Assembly: GCA_022799935.1 (NCBI GenBank)
Contig: JAAWPK010000004.1
Coordinates: 5,669 to 45,668 of the forward strand
DNA: 40,000 bases
Source of the DNA: Clostridia bacterium
Lineage (GTDB): Bacteria; Bacillota; Clostridia; TANB77; CAG-508
Reading direction: 5' to 3'
Under the pieces are notes generated by a model, which was not told the origin of the DNA, searched no databases, and saw only the letters and a list, made by a program, of their open reading frames with translations. This document shows, in pieces, positions 9,043 to 17,750 of the stretch; the stretch's first letter is position 1, and every line of letters starts with the position of its first letter. The position numbers were made by a program, and so were the translations under genes.

Positions 9043-9237
9043 ATGATAGTAGCAATGATAGTAGTAAGTTTATTAGCAATAACATTTTTTACATATATTT
9101 TACTTATAAGTGCTAATATGGACAAGACAGATAGAGAACGAGAAATAGAAGATAATGAGCAATTAGAATATATAAGAAACTACAAAAATGGAGGCAATAA
9201 AGGTGGAAACAAAAAGAGAAACAAGACAAATTTATAG
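9043..9237 (+). CDS. Small single-pass membrane protein with basic Gly/Asn/Lys tail (hypothetical)
   Basis: RBS agaggtgg sits 6 nt upstream of ATG 9043. One hydrophobic helix (IVAMIVVSLLAITFFTYILLI). The 3' end overlaps the mazF-like start by ~50 nt. Confidence 0.35.
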   Translation: MIVAMIVVSLLAITFFTYILLISANMDKTDREREIEDNEQLEYIRNYKNGGNKGGNKKRNKTNL

Positions 9238-9577
9238 AGGAGAAATATATTATGCTAAACTGTTTGAAGCAGTAGGAAGTGAACAGAAAGGAAATAGACC
9301 AGTTGTTATAGTACAAAATAATACAGGCAATGAATATTCTCCAACTACAATTGTACTTCCGTTTACTAAAAGATTAGATATTGTTAATCCACAACCTACA
9401 CATATAGATGTAAAACAATTTGGAAAGCTAAAATGCGATTCAACAATATTAGCAGAGCAAATAAGAACGATAGATAAGAGTAGATTAGGCGATAGATTAG
9501 GAAAATTGCCACCCAATATAATGAAAAAATTAGATATAGCAATGAAAATTGCTCAAGGAATAAAAGACAAATATTAA
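9188..9577 (+). CDS. MazF/PemK-family endoribonuclease toxin
   Basis: RGEIYYAKL..GSEQKGNRPVVIVQNNTGNEYSPTTIVLPFT..LAEQIRTIDKSRL is the characteristic PemK/MazF pattern. Confidence 0.8.
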   Translation: MEAIKVETKRETRQIYRGEIYYAKLFEAVGSEQKGNRPVVIVQNNTGNEYSPTTIVLPFTKRLDIVNPQPTHIDVKQFGKLKCDSTILAEQIRTIDKSRLGDRLGKLPPNIMKKLDIAMKIAQGIKDKY

Positions 9578-9628
9578 GAAACAGGTGTTAAAGTTACTTG
9601 TTTCTTTTTTATTGGAAAGGAATAAGAA

Positions 9629-10039
9629 ATGGAAGAAAAAATATTAGAGAAATTATTATACGAAAGATATTCTGTAAAACAAATGGTAGGTTATTTTATT
9701 ATAGGTTTTAAAGAAACAGAGAATAAGGATAAATTTGAAGAAATAATGAACAATGTTACAACAGTAATTGTAAACATAGACAAAAATAAATTAGTTGATT
9801 TAGTTGATGTTGAATTTATAGAAAAAATTGATTTATATTGGAGTTTGAATATTGAACAAATACTTTCTTATGCTTATATAGTGTTTAAAAACCTTATGAA
9901 ATCAAATAGAACCATTGAATTGAAAGATATTGTAAGCGAATTTTTAGTAGTTGCTAAACTTTATTCGCCAGATAATGCAGTAGAGTATATAAAAAGGAAA
10001 ACCACTAATGCTAATATGGTAGGTGGTAAATGTGAATAA
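9629..10039 (+). CDS. Hypothetical protein
   Basis: 136-aa ORF with an RBS-like ggaaagg upstream. No recognisable domain. Confidence 0.45.
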   Translation: MEEKILEKLLYERYSVKQMVGYFIIGFKETENKDKFEEIMNNVTTVIVNIDKNKLVDLVDVEFIEKIDLYWSLNIEQILSYAYIVFKNLMKSNRTIELKDIVSEFLVVAKLYSPDNAVEYIKRKTTNANMVGGKCE

Positions 10040-10307
10040 AATTGATATAGAGAAATTAGAGCAAAAATTAGAAAAATGTAAAAATATTAGTATAGACGAA
10101 GTTAATGCAAATGATATAGAAGATATTTCTAATATCAATATAAATAAGCGAAAATCCAGTAAAGATAGAATACTGGATTTTTTAAGTAGTGCATCAAATC
10201 CTTATATATTTAAAGTTAATGGTAAGCTAGTAAAGATAGAATTTTCAAATAATACAAGAACAGCAGAGTCTTGTATTACAAATGTTATTAAAAGCATATA
10301 TGAATAA
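10023..10307 (+). CDS. Hypothetical small protein preceding the recombinase genes
   Basis: 94-aa ORF with GTG start(s) behind aggtgg. Contains NPYIFKVNGKLVKIEF. Its position immediately upstream of serine recombinases is typical of element accessory genes. Confidence 0.45.
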   Translation: MVNVNKIDIEKLEQKLEKCKNISIDEVNANDIEDISNININKRKSSKDRILDFLSSASNPYIFKVNGKLVKIEFSNNTRTAESCITNVIKSIYE

Positions 10308-10393
10308 ATCTTGCAAGTATGCGATAGCAAGTAATCACACAATGGAAAAACATTTTTATCTTTTCTAAAATTAGCACGAAAGGAGAAAGTGTT

Positions 10394-10822
10394 ATGAAAA
10401 ATGAAAAAATTAAAGTTGCGGTTTATATAAGGGTTGGGAATAAGAATCAAGTTGATGAAACAAAAAATCTTCAAAAAAATATAATTGAAGAATATTTAGA
10501 AAAGAAAAGGAATTATACTATAACTGGCTACTATATTGATGATGGTTATTCGGGATTGAATTTAAAAAGACCAATGCTAGAAAAAATGTTATTACAGATT
10601 GAAAAGGGTAATATTAAAGAAATATTAGTAAGTGATTACTCAAGAATTAGCAGAAATATATTAGAACTTGATAATTTTGTTAGTAATTGTTTGCTTCCAC
10701 GAAATGTAAAATTAACATCTGTTAGAGATAATAATGACTTTTATAATATGCAGAAAAAGATAAAAAACGATTTTTTAAAGAAAATAGCTTGTGTAAAAGG
10801 AAAACAATATAATGGCAGGTAG
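10394..10822 (+). CDS. Resolvase-type catalytic-domain-only protein lacking the nucleophilic serine
   Basis: Alignable to the N-termini of the two downstream recombinases (VAVYIRVGNKNQ versus VGIYLRLSSDDGD; YYIDDGYSG; ILVSDYSRISRN). It has Gly where the catalytic Ser is expected and no recombinase or zinc-ribbon domains. Confidence 0.6.
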   Translation: MKNEKIKVAVYIRVGNKNQVDETKNLQKNIIEEYLEKKRNYTITGYYIDDGYSGLNLKRPMLEKMLLQIEKGNIKEILVSDYSRISRNILELDNFVSNCLLPRNVKLTSVRDNNDFYNMQKKIKNDFLKKIACVKGKQYNGR

Positions 10823-12476
10823 AAAAAGTAAAAAACTTGCTAACAGATGTCAAAAAATAGAGTGGAAAGTGGGAATATATTTAAGATTATCAAGTGATGA
10901 TGGAGATAATGCAGAATCAGATAGTATAAAAAATCAAAGAGAACTAATAACATATTATTTAAAAAATGAAGAAAATTTGAAAATTGTAGATTATTATGCA
11001 GATGATGGTTATAGTGGGACAACTTTTCATAGACCAGAGTTCAAAAGAATGTTTAATGATATGGTAAATGGAAAAATAAATACAATTATAGTTAAAGATT
11101 TATCAAGATTTGGAAGAAATTATATAGAAGTAGGTAATTATATAGAGCAGATTTTTCCTTTATATAATATAAGATTTATTGCAATAAACGATAATGTAGA
11201 TAGTTATAAAGACCCAAAGTCAATAAATAATGTTATTGTACCATTTAAAAATTTAATGAATGACGAATATGCTAGAGATATATCTAATAAAGTAAGAAGT
11301 GTATTATTAACAAAATCTAAAAACGGAGAGTTTGTAGGAGGTACAACACCTTATGGATATAAAAAAAATCCAGAAAATATCTATCAGCTTATTATTGATG
11401 AAGATGAAGCAAGAAATGTAAGACTTATATATGAAATGGCACTAAAAGGAGATGGAACATTAAAGATATGTCAATATTTGAATAACAATAATATTTTATG
11501 TAGAAAAGAAATTCAAAGAAGAAATAAATACAACATTAGTTTAGATGCAAATGAAGAAAGCAAATATAGGTGGAGCAAGACAACAATTTCAAATATTCTT
11601 ACTAATGAAACTTATATAGGGAATTTAGTTTATAATAGGACAGGCTCAATAAGTTACAAAAATCATAAACAAGTGGCAAAACCAAAAGAAGAATGGATTA
11701 TTGTAAACGGAACACACAAAGGAATTGTTGAAATAGAAGAATTTAAAAAGGTTGGCAAACTGATAGAAGATAGGAAGTGCAATAGAAAAAAGCCATCACA
11801 ACCATCAATTTATAGTTGGAAAATAAAGTGTGCAGATTGTGGACACGCAATGTGTAGAATGGAAGATTATAGAGAAAAAAGGGAATGCTCAAACTTTTAC
11901 TGCAGAAGTTATAAGACACAAAGTAATGTATGTTCTCCTCATAAAATAAGAACAGCAGACCTTAATAATATAGTTTTAGAGATGATATTATTACAAGTAA
12001 AGTTGGTATTGGAACTAGAAAAGACTATAAGTAAATTAAAGAAAGATGGACTAAGTAGTAAATATGAGAGAGAATACTCAAGTCAAGTAGAAAAAATGAA
12101 TAATGACATTGATAAATTAAGAAAATTGAAAAAGGTTTCTTATGAAGATTGGAAATTTGAAAAGATTAGTAAAGAAGAATATTTGACTTATGCCAAAGAC
12201 TATGATGAAAGAATAGAAATCATAAATAAAGAAATAAAGGCATTAGAAACAATATATTTAGAGAACATAAAAAATCTAAAAAAAGATGATTATTGGATAG
12301 AACATTTTAAAAGAAATAAAAAAATTAAAACATTAAGTAAAGATGTAATAGATGAGCTAATTGACACAATATATGTACACGAGGGTGGCAATGTTACAAT
12401 AAAATTCAAATATCAAGATGAATATAAAAAAGCATTAGAATTTGTTAGTAGTAAGGAAGTGATAAATAGTGATTAA
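10812..12476 (+). CDS. Large serine recombinase
   Basis: Resolvase catalytic domain (YLRLSSDD, VKDLSRFGRN), recombinase domain, Cys-rich zinc-ribbon (CADCGHAMC..CRSYK..CSPH) and a coiled-coil C-terminus. Confidence 0.9.
   Translation: MAGRKSKKLANRCQKIEWKVGIYLRLSSDDGDNAESDSIKNQRELITYYLKNEENLKIVDYYADDGYSGTTFHRPEFKRMFNDMVNGKINTIIVKDLSRFGRNYIEVGNYIEQIFPLYNIRFIAINDNVDSYKDPKSINNVIVPFKNLMNDEYARDISNKVRSVLLTKSKNGEFVGGTTPYGYKKNPENIYQLIIDEDEARNVRLIYEMALKGDGTLKICQYLNNNNILCRKEIQRRNKYNISLDANEESKYRWSKTTISNILTNETYIGNLVYNRTGSISYKNHKQVAKPKEEWIIVNGTHKGIVEIEEFKKVGKLIEDRKCNRKKPSQPSIYSWKIKCADCGHAMCRMEDYREKRECSNFYCRSYKTQSNVCSPHKIRTADLNNIVLEMILLQVKLVLELEKTISKLKKDGLSSKYEREYSSQVEKMNNDIDKLRKLKKVSYEDWKFEKISKEEYLTYAKDYDERIEIINKEIKALETIYLENIKNLKKDDYWIEHFKRNKKIKTLSKDVIDELIDTIYVHEGGNVTIKFKYQDEYKKALEFVSSKEVINSD
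11094..11149 (+). repeat. 56-bp tract identical to 12709-12764 (recombinase paralogs)
   Basis: aaagatttatcaagatttggaagaaattatatagaagtaggtaattatatagagca occurs in both genes. Confidence 0.85.
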
Positions 12477-14088
12477 ATGGAAAGTAGGTGTTTATTTAAG
12501 ATTATCAAGTGATGATGGAGATAAAATGGAATCAAATAGTATTACTAACCAAAAAAATTTAATAAATTTGTTTTTAAAGAAAGAAAAAGATTTAAAAATC
12601 TATGACTATTATATAGATGATGGATTTACAGGGACAGATTTTAATAGACCAGATTTCCAAAGATTACTTAATGATATTAAAGAGGGAAAAATAAATACTG
12701 TTATAGTAAAAGATTTATCAAGATTTGGAAGAAATTATATAGAAGTAGGTAATTATATAGAGCAAGTTTTTCCATCATATAATGTAAGATTTATAGCTAT
12801 AAATGATAATGTAGATAGTTATAAAGACCCAAAATCTATTAACAATATAATTGTTCCTTTTAAGAACTTAATGAATGATGAATATGCGAGGGATATATCA
12901 AATAAAGTACGAAGTGTTTTAAATACAAAAAAAGCTAATGGAGAGTTTATAGGTTCAGTTGCACCTTACGGATACAAAAAAAATCCAAGAGATAAACACA
13001 AACTTATAATAGATAAATATGCCTCAAAAATCGTAAAAAAGATATTCAAAATGATATTAAATGGAAAAAGCAAAACAGAAGTTATAGATGAATTAAATAA
13101 ATTTGGAATATTACCACCAAGACTATATCAAATGCAAGATACAGATTACAATTTTAAAGTAACAGAGAAAACTAAATATTGGGATAGCAAAAAGTTAGAT
13201 AAGATATTAAAAAATCAGACCTATACAGGAGATTTAATTCAAAGCAAAAAAAGAACAATAAGTCATAAAATACACAAAGTTGTTGAAAATAGTTTTGAAG
13301 ATTGGATCATAATACCTAATCATCACGAGGCAATTATTAGTAGAGAAGATTTTAATCAAGTACAAGATATAATCTATGATAGAGATATAAAAGTGAATAA
13401 AAACAAAGAGTATGATACATTTTCAGGACATTTAAGATGTAATGATTGTGGAAATTCGTTTACAATAAAGAAAATAAAAAAATATGAATATTATTATTGT
13501 ACATCTTTTTTAAGAGAAAAATCGTGTACTAATCATTCAATAAAAAAAGAAAAACTGAAAGAAATGGTATTAAATCTAATAAACAAACAAATAGAATTAG
13601 TTATTGACATAGATATGGATATTGATAGAGTTATTAGTTATAACAATATAAATTATGATGAAGAAATACTAGAAACAAGATTATTAGATATAGATAATAA
13701 TATTTTAAAATACGAAAAATTAAAAGAAGCAATAAAGGATGACTTGATTTGCAAATTTATAACAAGAGAAGAATATACAGAATATGAAAATGAATATAAT
13801 AATTGCCTAAAAAGACTTATTAGAGAAAAAAAGGAAATAAGCGAAAAATTAAAAAAAATCAATTTTAAATCAGATAAAAATAAGGAATGGATAAACAAAT
13901 TTAAAGAAAATTATAAATTACAGCATTTATCAAAAAAAGTTGTAGATGAATTAATAGATGATATTTATGTTTACGATAATGGTAATATAAAAATAGTTTT
14001 TAAATATGAAGATGAATTTTTTGAAGCTATTGACTTTCTAAAAAAATATAACTGTGATATAATAGAAAAGAATTGTGTAAATTATTAA
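12469..14088 (+). CDS. Large serine recombinase (paralog of the preceding gene)
   Basis: Same architecture (YLRLSSDD, VKDLSRFGRN, CNDCGNSF..YYCTSF..CTNH). GTG start behind aaggaag. Overlaps the previous gene by 8 nt. Confidence 0.9.
   Translation: MIKWKVGVYLRLSSDDGDKMESNSITNQKNLINLFLKKEKDLKIYDYYIDDGFTGTDFNRPDFQRLLNDIKEGKINTVIVKDLSRFGRNYIEVGNYIEQVFPSYNVRFIAINDNVDSYKDPKSINNIIVPFKNLMNDEYARDISNKVRSVLNTKKANGEFIGSVAPYGYKKNPRDKHKLIIDKYASKIVKKIFKMILNGKSKTEVIDELNKFGILPPRLYQMQDTDYNFKVTEKTKYWDSKKLDKILKNQTYTGDLIQSKKRTISHKIHKVVENSFEDWIIIPNHHEAIISREDFNQVQDIIYDRDIKVNKNKEYDTFSGHLRCNDCGNSFTIKKIKKYEYYYCTSFLREKSCTNHSIKKEKLKEMVLNLINKQIELVIDIDMDIDRVISYNNINYDEEILETRLLDIDNNILKYEKLKEAIKDDLICKFITREEYTEYENEYNNCLKRLIREKKEISEKLKKINFKSDKNKEWINKFKENYKLQHLSKKVVDELIDDIYVYDNGNIKIVFKYEDEFFEAIDFLKKYNCDIIEKNCVNY
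12709..12764 (+). repeat. 56-bp tract identical to 11094-11149
   Basis: Direct visual comparison of the two recombinase genes. Confidence 0.85.
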
Positions 14089-14126
14089 ATGAAATATAGA
14101 AAAAATATGATAAAGGAAGTGATAAT

Positions 14127-15061
14127 ATGTCAAAAAAAAATAAAGAAAACGATGCAGATAAAAGTTGTCTATCTGTCCCACTATCGTGGTACCCAGGTCA
14201 TATGGCAAAGACAAAAAGGGAAATACAAGAAGATTTAAAATTAATAGATATTGTAATTGAAATACTTGATGCTCGTATACCTGTTTCTAGCCAAAATCCA
14301 GATATAAAAAATATCATCAAAAATAAAAAGAAAATAATAATTTTAAATAAATGTGACTTAGCAGATGAAAGTGAAACAGAAAAGTGGCAAAAATACTTCA
14401 AATCAAAGGGAATAGAATCTGTACTTGTAAATTCAAATGATGGAAAAGGTATAAAAAAAGTAGAAGATAAAGTAGAAGAAGTAATGAAAGAAGAAATTGA
14501 AGAAAATACCAAAAAAGGAAGAGTTGGAAAAATTATAAGAGTTTTAGTTTTAGGAATTCCAAATGTTCGGTAAATCTTCTTTTATTAATAGAATTTCTAA
14601 AAGGACTACTGCAAAAGTTGGCAATAGACCTGGTGTTACTGTAAAAAAACAGTGGATAAGAGTAGGAAAGAATATTGAACTTTTAGATACTCCTGGTGTT
14701 TTATGGCCTAAATTTGAAAATGAAGAGGTTCGGACTTAATCTTGCTTTTACAGGAACAATAAAAGATGATGTTATAGATAAAGAAGAAGTGGCATTTTAT
14801 TTACTTAAATATCTAATAGAAAATTATAAAGAATTAATTATAGAGAAATATGGACTAAATAAAGAACAAATAGAAGAAATAATTGGAAGTTTTGAAGAAG
14901 AAAATCAAATTACTTTAGAAATAATGGAACAAATAGGGAGAAAAAGAGGAGCATTAATATCAGGATGTAGAGTAGATAATACAAAAGTATCTAACATATT
15001 ACTTCAAGATTTTAGAGCAGCAAAGATTGGAAGAATAACACTAGAAAAGGTGGAAACATAA
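14127..15061 (+). CDS. rbgA: Ribosome biogenesis GTPase A (YlqF/RbgA); needs +1 shifts at CGG 14568 and CGG 14731
   Basis: [13 protein letters not shown], circularly permuted GTPase motifs (NKCDL). Skipping C14568 restores the P-loop [14 protein letters not shown] and [10 protein letters not shown]. Skipping C14731 gives [16 protein letters not shown]. Confidence 0.85.
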
Positions 15062-15062
15062 A

Positions 15063-15452
15063 GTGAATGAATTAGAAAAGAGAATAAATGAATTATCACC
15101 TCTTACATGGGCATATGTTGGAGATGCAGTATATGAATTATATATAAGAGAAAATTTAGTTGAAACAACAAAATTAAAACCTCATAAACTTCATATAGAA
15201 AGTATAAAATATGTAAAAGCGTCAGCACAAGCAAAAATATTAAAAGAAATTGAAGGAGAGCTTACAGAAGAAGAAAAACAGATCGTTAAAAGAGCTAGAA
15301 ATACAAAAAGTCATCATCTGCCTAAAAATGCAGAAGTAAATGAATATATGTATTCAACAGCATTTGAAGGTCTAATAGGATATCTACATTTAGTAAAAAA
15401 AGAAGAAAGATTAAAAGTAATTTTGGCGAAATGTATAAATAAAAATATTTAA
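15063..15452 (+). CDS. mrnC: Mini-ribonuclease 3
   Basis: LTWAYVGDAVYELYIRE..AKAQAKIL..RARN are Mini-III hallmarks. GTG start. Confidence 0.8.
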   Translation: MNELEKRINELSPLTWAYVGDAVYELYIRENLVETTKLKPHKLHIESIKYVKASAQAKILKEIEGELTEEEKQIVKRARNTKSHHLPKNAEVNEYMYSTAFEGLIGYLHLVKKEERLKVILAKCINKNI

Positions 15453-15463
15453 ATAAAAAGGGC

Positions 15464-15494
15464 GAGTCCCGAGTGAATAAACCACTCGGGACTC
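15464..15494. terminator. GC-rich hairpin between convergent genes (intrinsic terminator, T-run on minus strand)
   Basis: 12-bp perfect stem gagtcccgagtg / cactcgggactc with a 7-nt loop. The flanking aaaaag gives a U-tract for the minus-strand gene. Confidence 0.7.
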
Positions 15495-15505
15495 TTAATG
15501 GCTCA

Positions 15506-15865
15506 TTAATCGATGGGCATAGAGAAATAGGCCTTGTCTGCATTTCCAGCGGGAATCAGCTCGTAAGCAGGGGCCAGAGACAGAGCTTCCTGAATGATGT
15601 CCGCATTGATAGGGTCAAAAGGCATTGCATTTTTGTACCTACCAATTTGGAAGTAGTATCCAGAGTCTGCCTTATCGATGGTCATCGTGGGCAACTTGGA
15701 AACACCAGGAACTACCATCTGGGCGCTGGCCATAAGCCGAGGAAGGACGAAGGAAGTGATGAATTCAGTAGCGTTGCTAGTGAGTTCATGCTGAAATTCT
15801 TTCGCCTCCGCTTTTTTGGCAAGCTCTCTCCGTTTGCGAAGCGATAATCTTTTTTTATTAGCCAT
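15506..15865 (-). CDS. Hypothetical 119-aa protein encoded by a GC-rich (~50%) insert
   Basis: Strong RBS (aggagg, 8-nt spacer) before ATG 15865 and the terminator hairpin downstream. Basic N-terminus (MANKKRLSLRKRRELAKK). Contains two in-frame CGG codons (C at 15739 and 15832) with no frame break. Confidence 0.55.
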   Translation of the reverse strand: MANKKRLSLRKRRELAKKAEAKEFQHELTSNATEFITSFVLPRLMASAQMVVPGVSKLPTMTIDKADSGYYFQIGRYKNAMPFDPINADIIQEALSLAPAYELIPAGNADKAYFSMPID

Positions 15866-16071
15866 TTCAAAGAACCTCCTACAATCTAGCGACTAGCTAG
15901 TTTATTTGATAAATATATTATATCACACTTTACATAAAAAAGCAAATCGAAAGATTATTGTAAATTGAAAATATGAATTATATATTTTGTGGCAAAAATT
16001 AGGTGGCTCTACCATTAAATAAAAAACTTGATATATTAAAAAATATTGTAGTTGATCTAAAAAATTTAAGA

Positions 16072-16300
16072 TTAAATATCACTAATAGGTAATTCTAAAA
16101 AGGCTAGATATGACTTTAATAATTTCTTTTTACTAACATTTAAATTTTTATATTTATTAGCAATATCATTTACTTCTATTTCACTTTTATTAAGGTCTTT
16201 AACTATTAGAGGAGCAGGAATATATTCTAGCAGTAAAACTATAGAAATAATATATACTAGTAATGCAATAGAAAAGGTAAAAAGCCAATTACCTGATGAC
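16072..16300 (-). CDS. Possible small membrane protein (uncertain; competes with an upstream extension of the + strand gene)
   Basis: 76-aa ORF from ATG 16300 with one TM helix and a K/E/N-rich tail that looks more protein-like than the opposite-strand frame. No convincing RBS. Confidence 0.3.
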
Positions 16301-17692
16301 ATGAACTTAAATATACCAGAAGCAGAATATATGAAAGCTACTGAAATCATACTATCAGATATAGAGAAAATATTAAAAAAAGAAAATATACCATATGAAT
16401 ATGGTAGTAGATATGGTAGTAAGGTAATAAAATTAAAAAATATTACTAATAATGATAAAGATATTGAGATAGCTGCATATAGTGGAGGAACTTTTTTCAA
16501 TGATCTTCATAGTGCAACAATTACGATTTACAACACTAATTATTCTAAAGAAATAAAAGTAACATATAATAACAGCCATAATTACAATTCAAAAGATGAA
16601 CAATATGTAGAAAACTTAAAAATAACAAATCCAGTTTATTATGAGATAGAACTAGGAGAAAGTTTATATGAAGCAATTGAAAAGTATCATGCAAATGCTG
16701 TTAAAGATAAGACTATTACATTCAGTGTAGAATCTGCTGCTGGATTTGGTTCAATATTAAATACATTTATATCAGATGGTGGAGTTGGACTTGCAACATT
16801 TAAAAATGGTGTTTTTTATGAATCAAAAAGAATAGGATATGCATTTTCTATACCTGTTATAACAGTGCCTAGCAATATAGAAGATAATAAGATAAATGAT
16901 TATGTTATAAATGTAATAAGAAAATATATAAATGAAAATGGAAAGCCATATGACAAGAAATGGGCAGCAGAGATTACTAAAATAGAAAAAGGATTAAATC
17001 TATACAATAAGCACAATTCTAGATATAATGTAGATATAGAAGATGTATATACAGTTTATTCAAATGCAACAGAAGTGTATTATGAAGAAAATAGCTTTAT
17101 AATAATAAGAAAAGACAAAAATATATTAAATGAAGACAAAACAACCAATATTAAGTTAAATACAAATATAGATGTAGTACCAGCAAATACAATATTAGAT
17201 TGCAAGCTAATTAAAGAGGAAGCAGCATATAACACTGTAAAAACAGCATTAAAAGAGGTATCAGAAAAATTTATAGCTTATGATATAACACTAAAATCAA
17301 ATGGAGTAAAAATACAACCAAATGGAAAAGTGCAAATAAGTATACCAGTTCCAGAAGGATACAATTTAGATAAAATATTAGTATATAGAATTGCAGAAAA
17401 TGGAGAAAAAGTAAAATATGATACAGAAATAGAAGATAACTATATAATATTTGAAACAGACCATTTTAGTACATATGTTGTAGCAGAAGAAAAAATAGAA
17501 GAACCTTCATATAATGAAGGAGAAAACGAAAAAGACAATACACCACAACCAGATACAAAAGTAGAAAATACACAAGAAACAGATTCAAATGAAAAAGATG
17601 ATACACCAAAAACAGGAGTGATAGATGTAGTAAATTATATTGTAGCAATAGCATTAATTTCAGCAATTGGGAGCATAGTGCTAAAAAAGTAA
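16301..17692 (+). CDS. Cell-wall-anchored surface protein, predicted sortase-B substrate (N-terminus uncertain)
   Basis: C-terminal sorting signal TPKTG, hydrophobic helix and KK. Acidic Pro/Thr-rich stalk. Adjacent sortase gene. No signal peptide after Met 16301. Confidence 0.65.
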   Translation: MNLNIPEAEYMKATEIILSDIEKILKKENIPYEYGSRYGSKVIKLKNITNNDKDIEIAAYSGGTFFNDLHSATITIYNTNYSKEIKVTYNNSHNYNSKDEQYVENLKITNPVYYEIELGESLYEAIEKYHANAVKDKTITFSVESAAGFGSILNTFISDGGVGLATFKNGVFYESKRIGYAFSIPVITVPSNIEDNKINDYVINVIRKYINENGKPYDKKWAAEITKIEKGLNLYNKHNSRYNVDIEDVYTVYSNATEVYYEENSFIIIRKDKNILNEDKTTNIKLNTNIDVVPANTILDCKLIKEEAAYNTVKTALKEVSEKFIAYDITLKSNGVKIQPNGKVQISIPVPEGYNLDKILVYRIAENGEKVKYDTEIEDNYIIFETDHFSTYVVAEEKIEEPSYNEGENEKDNTPQPDTKVENTQETDSNEKDDTPKTGVIDVVNYIVAIALISAIGSIVLKK

Positions 17693-17750
17693 ATAACAAG
17701 AAAGATAAGGACTGGAAATAAAACCAGTCCTTTAAAAGGAGCAGAGGCAA

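Larger units (their letters stand above)
658..14088. mobile_element. Putative integrative island delimited by serine recombinases (boundaries approximate, att sites not identified)
   Basis: Contiguous block of regulators, an orphan toxin, small hypothetical genes and three serine-recombinase genes, between a transporter gene and rbgA. No conjugation or phage structural genes. Confidence 0.4.

Noticed and set aside
15473-15847. Plus-strand 124-aa ORF in the GC-rich insert.
   Set aside because: It is the mirror frame of the minus-strand ORF, which has a strong RBS and a terminator. The plus ORF has no RBS and an Arg/Gly/His-rich composition that is not protein-like.
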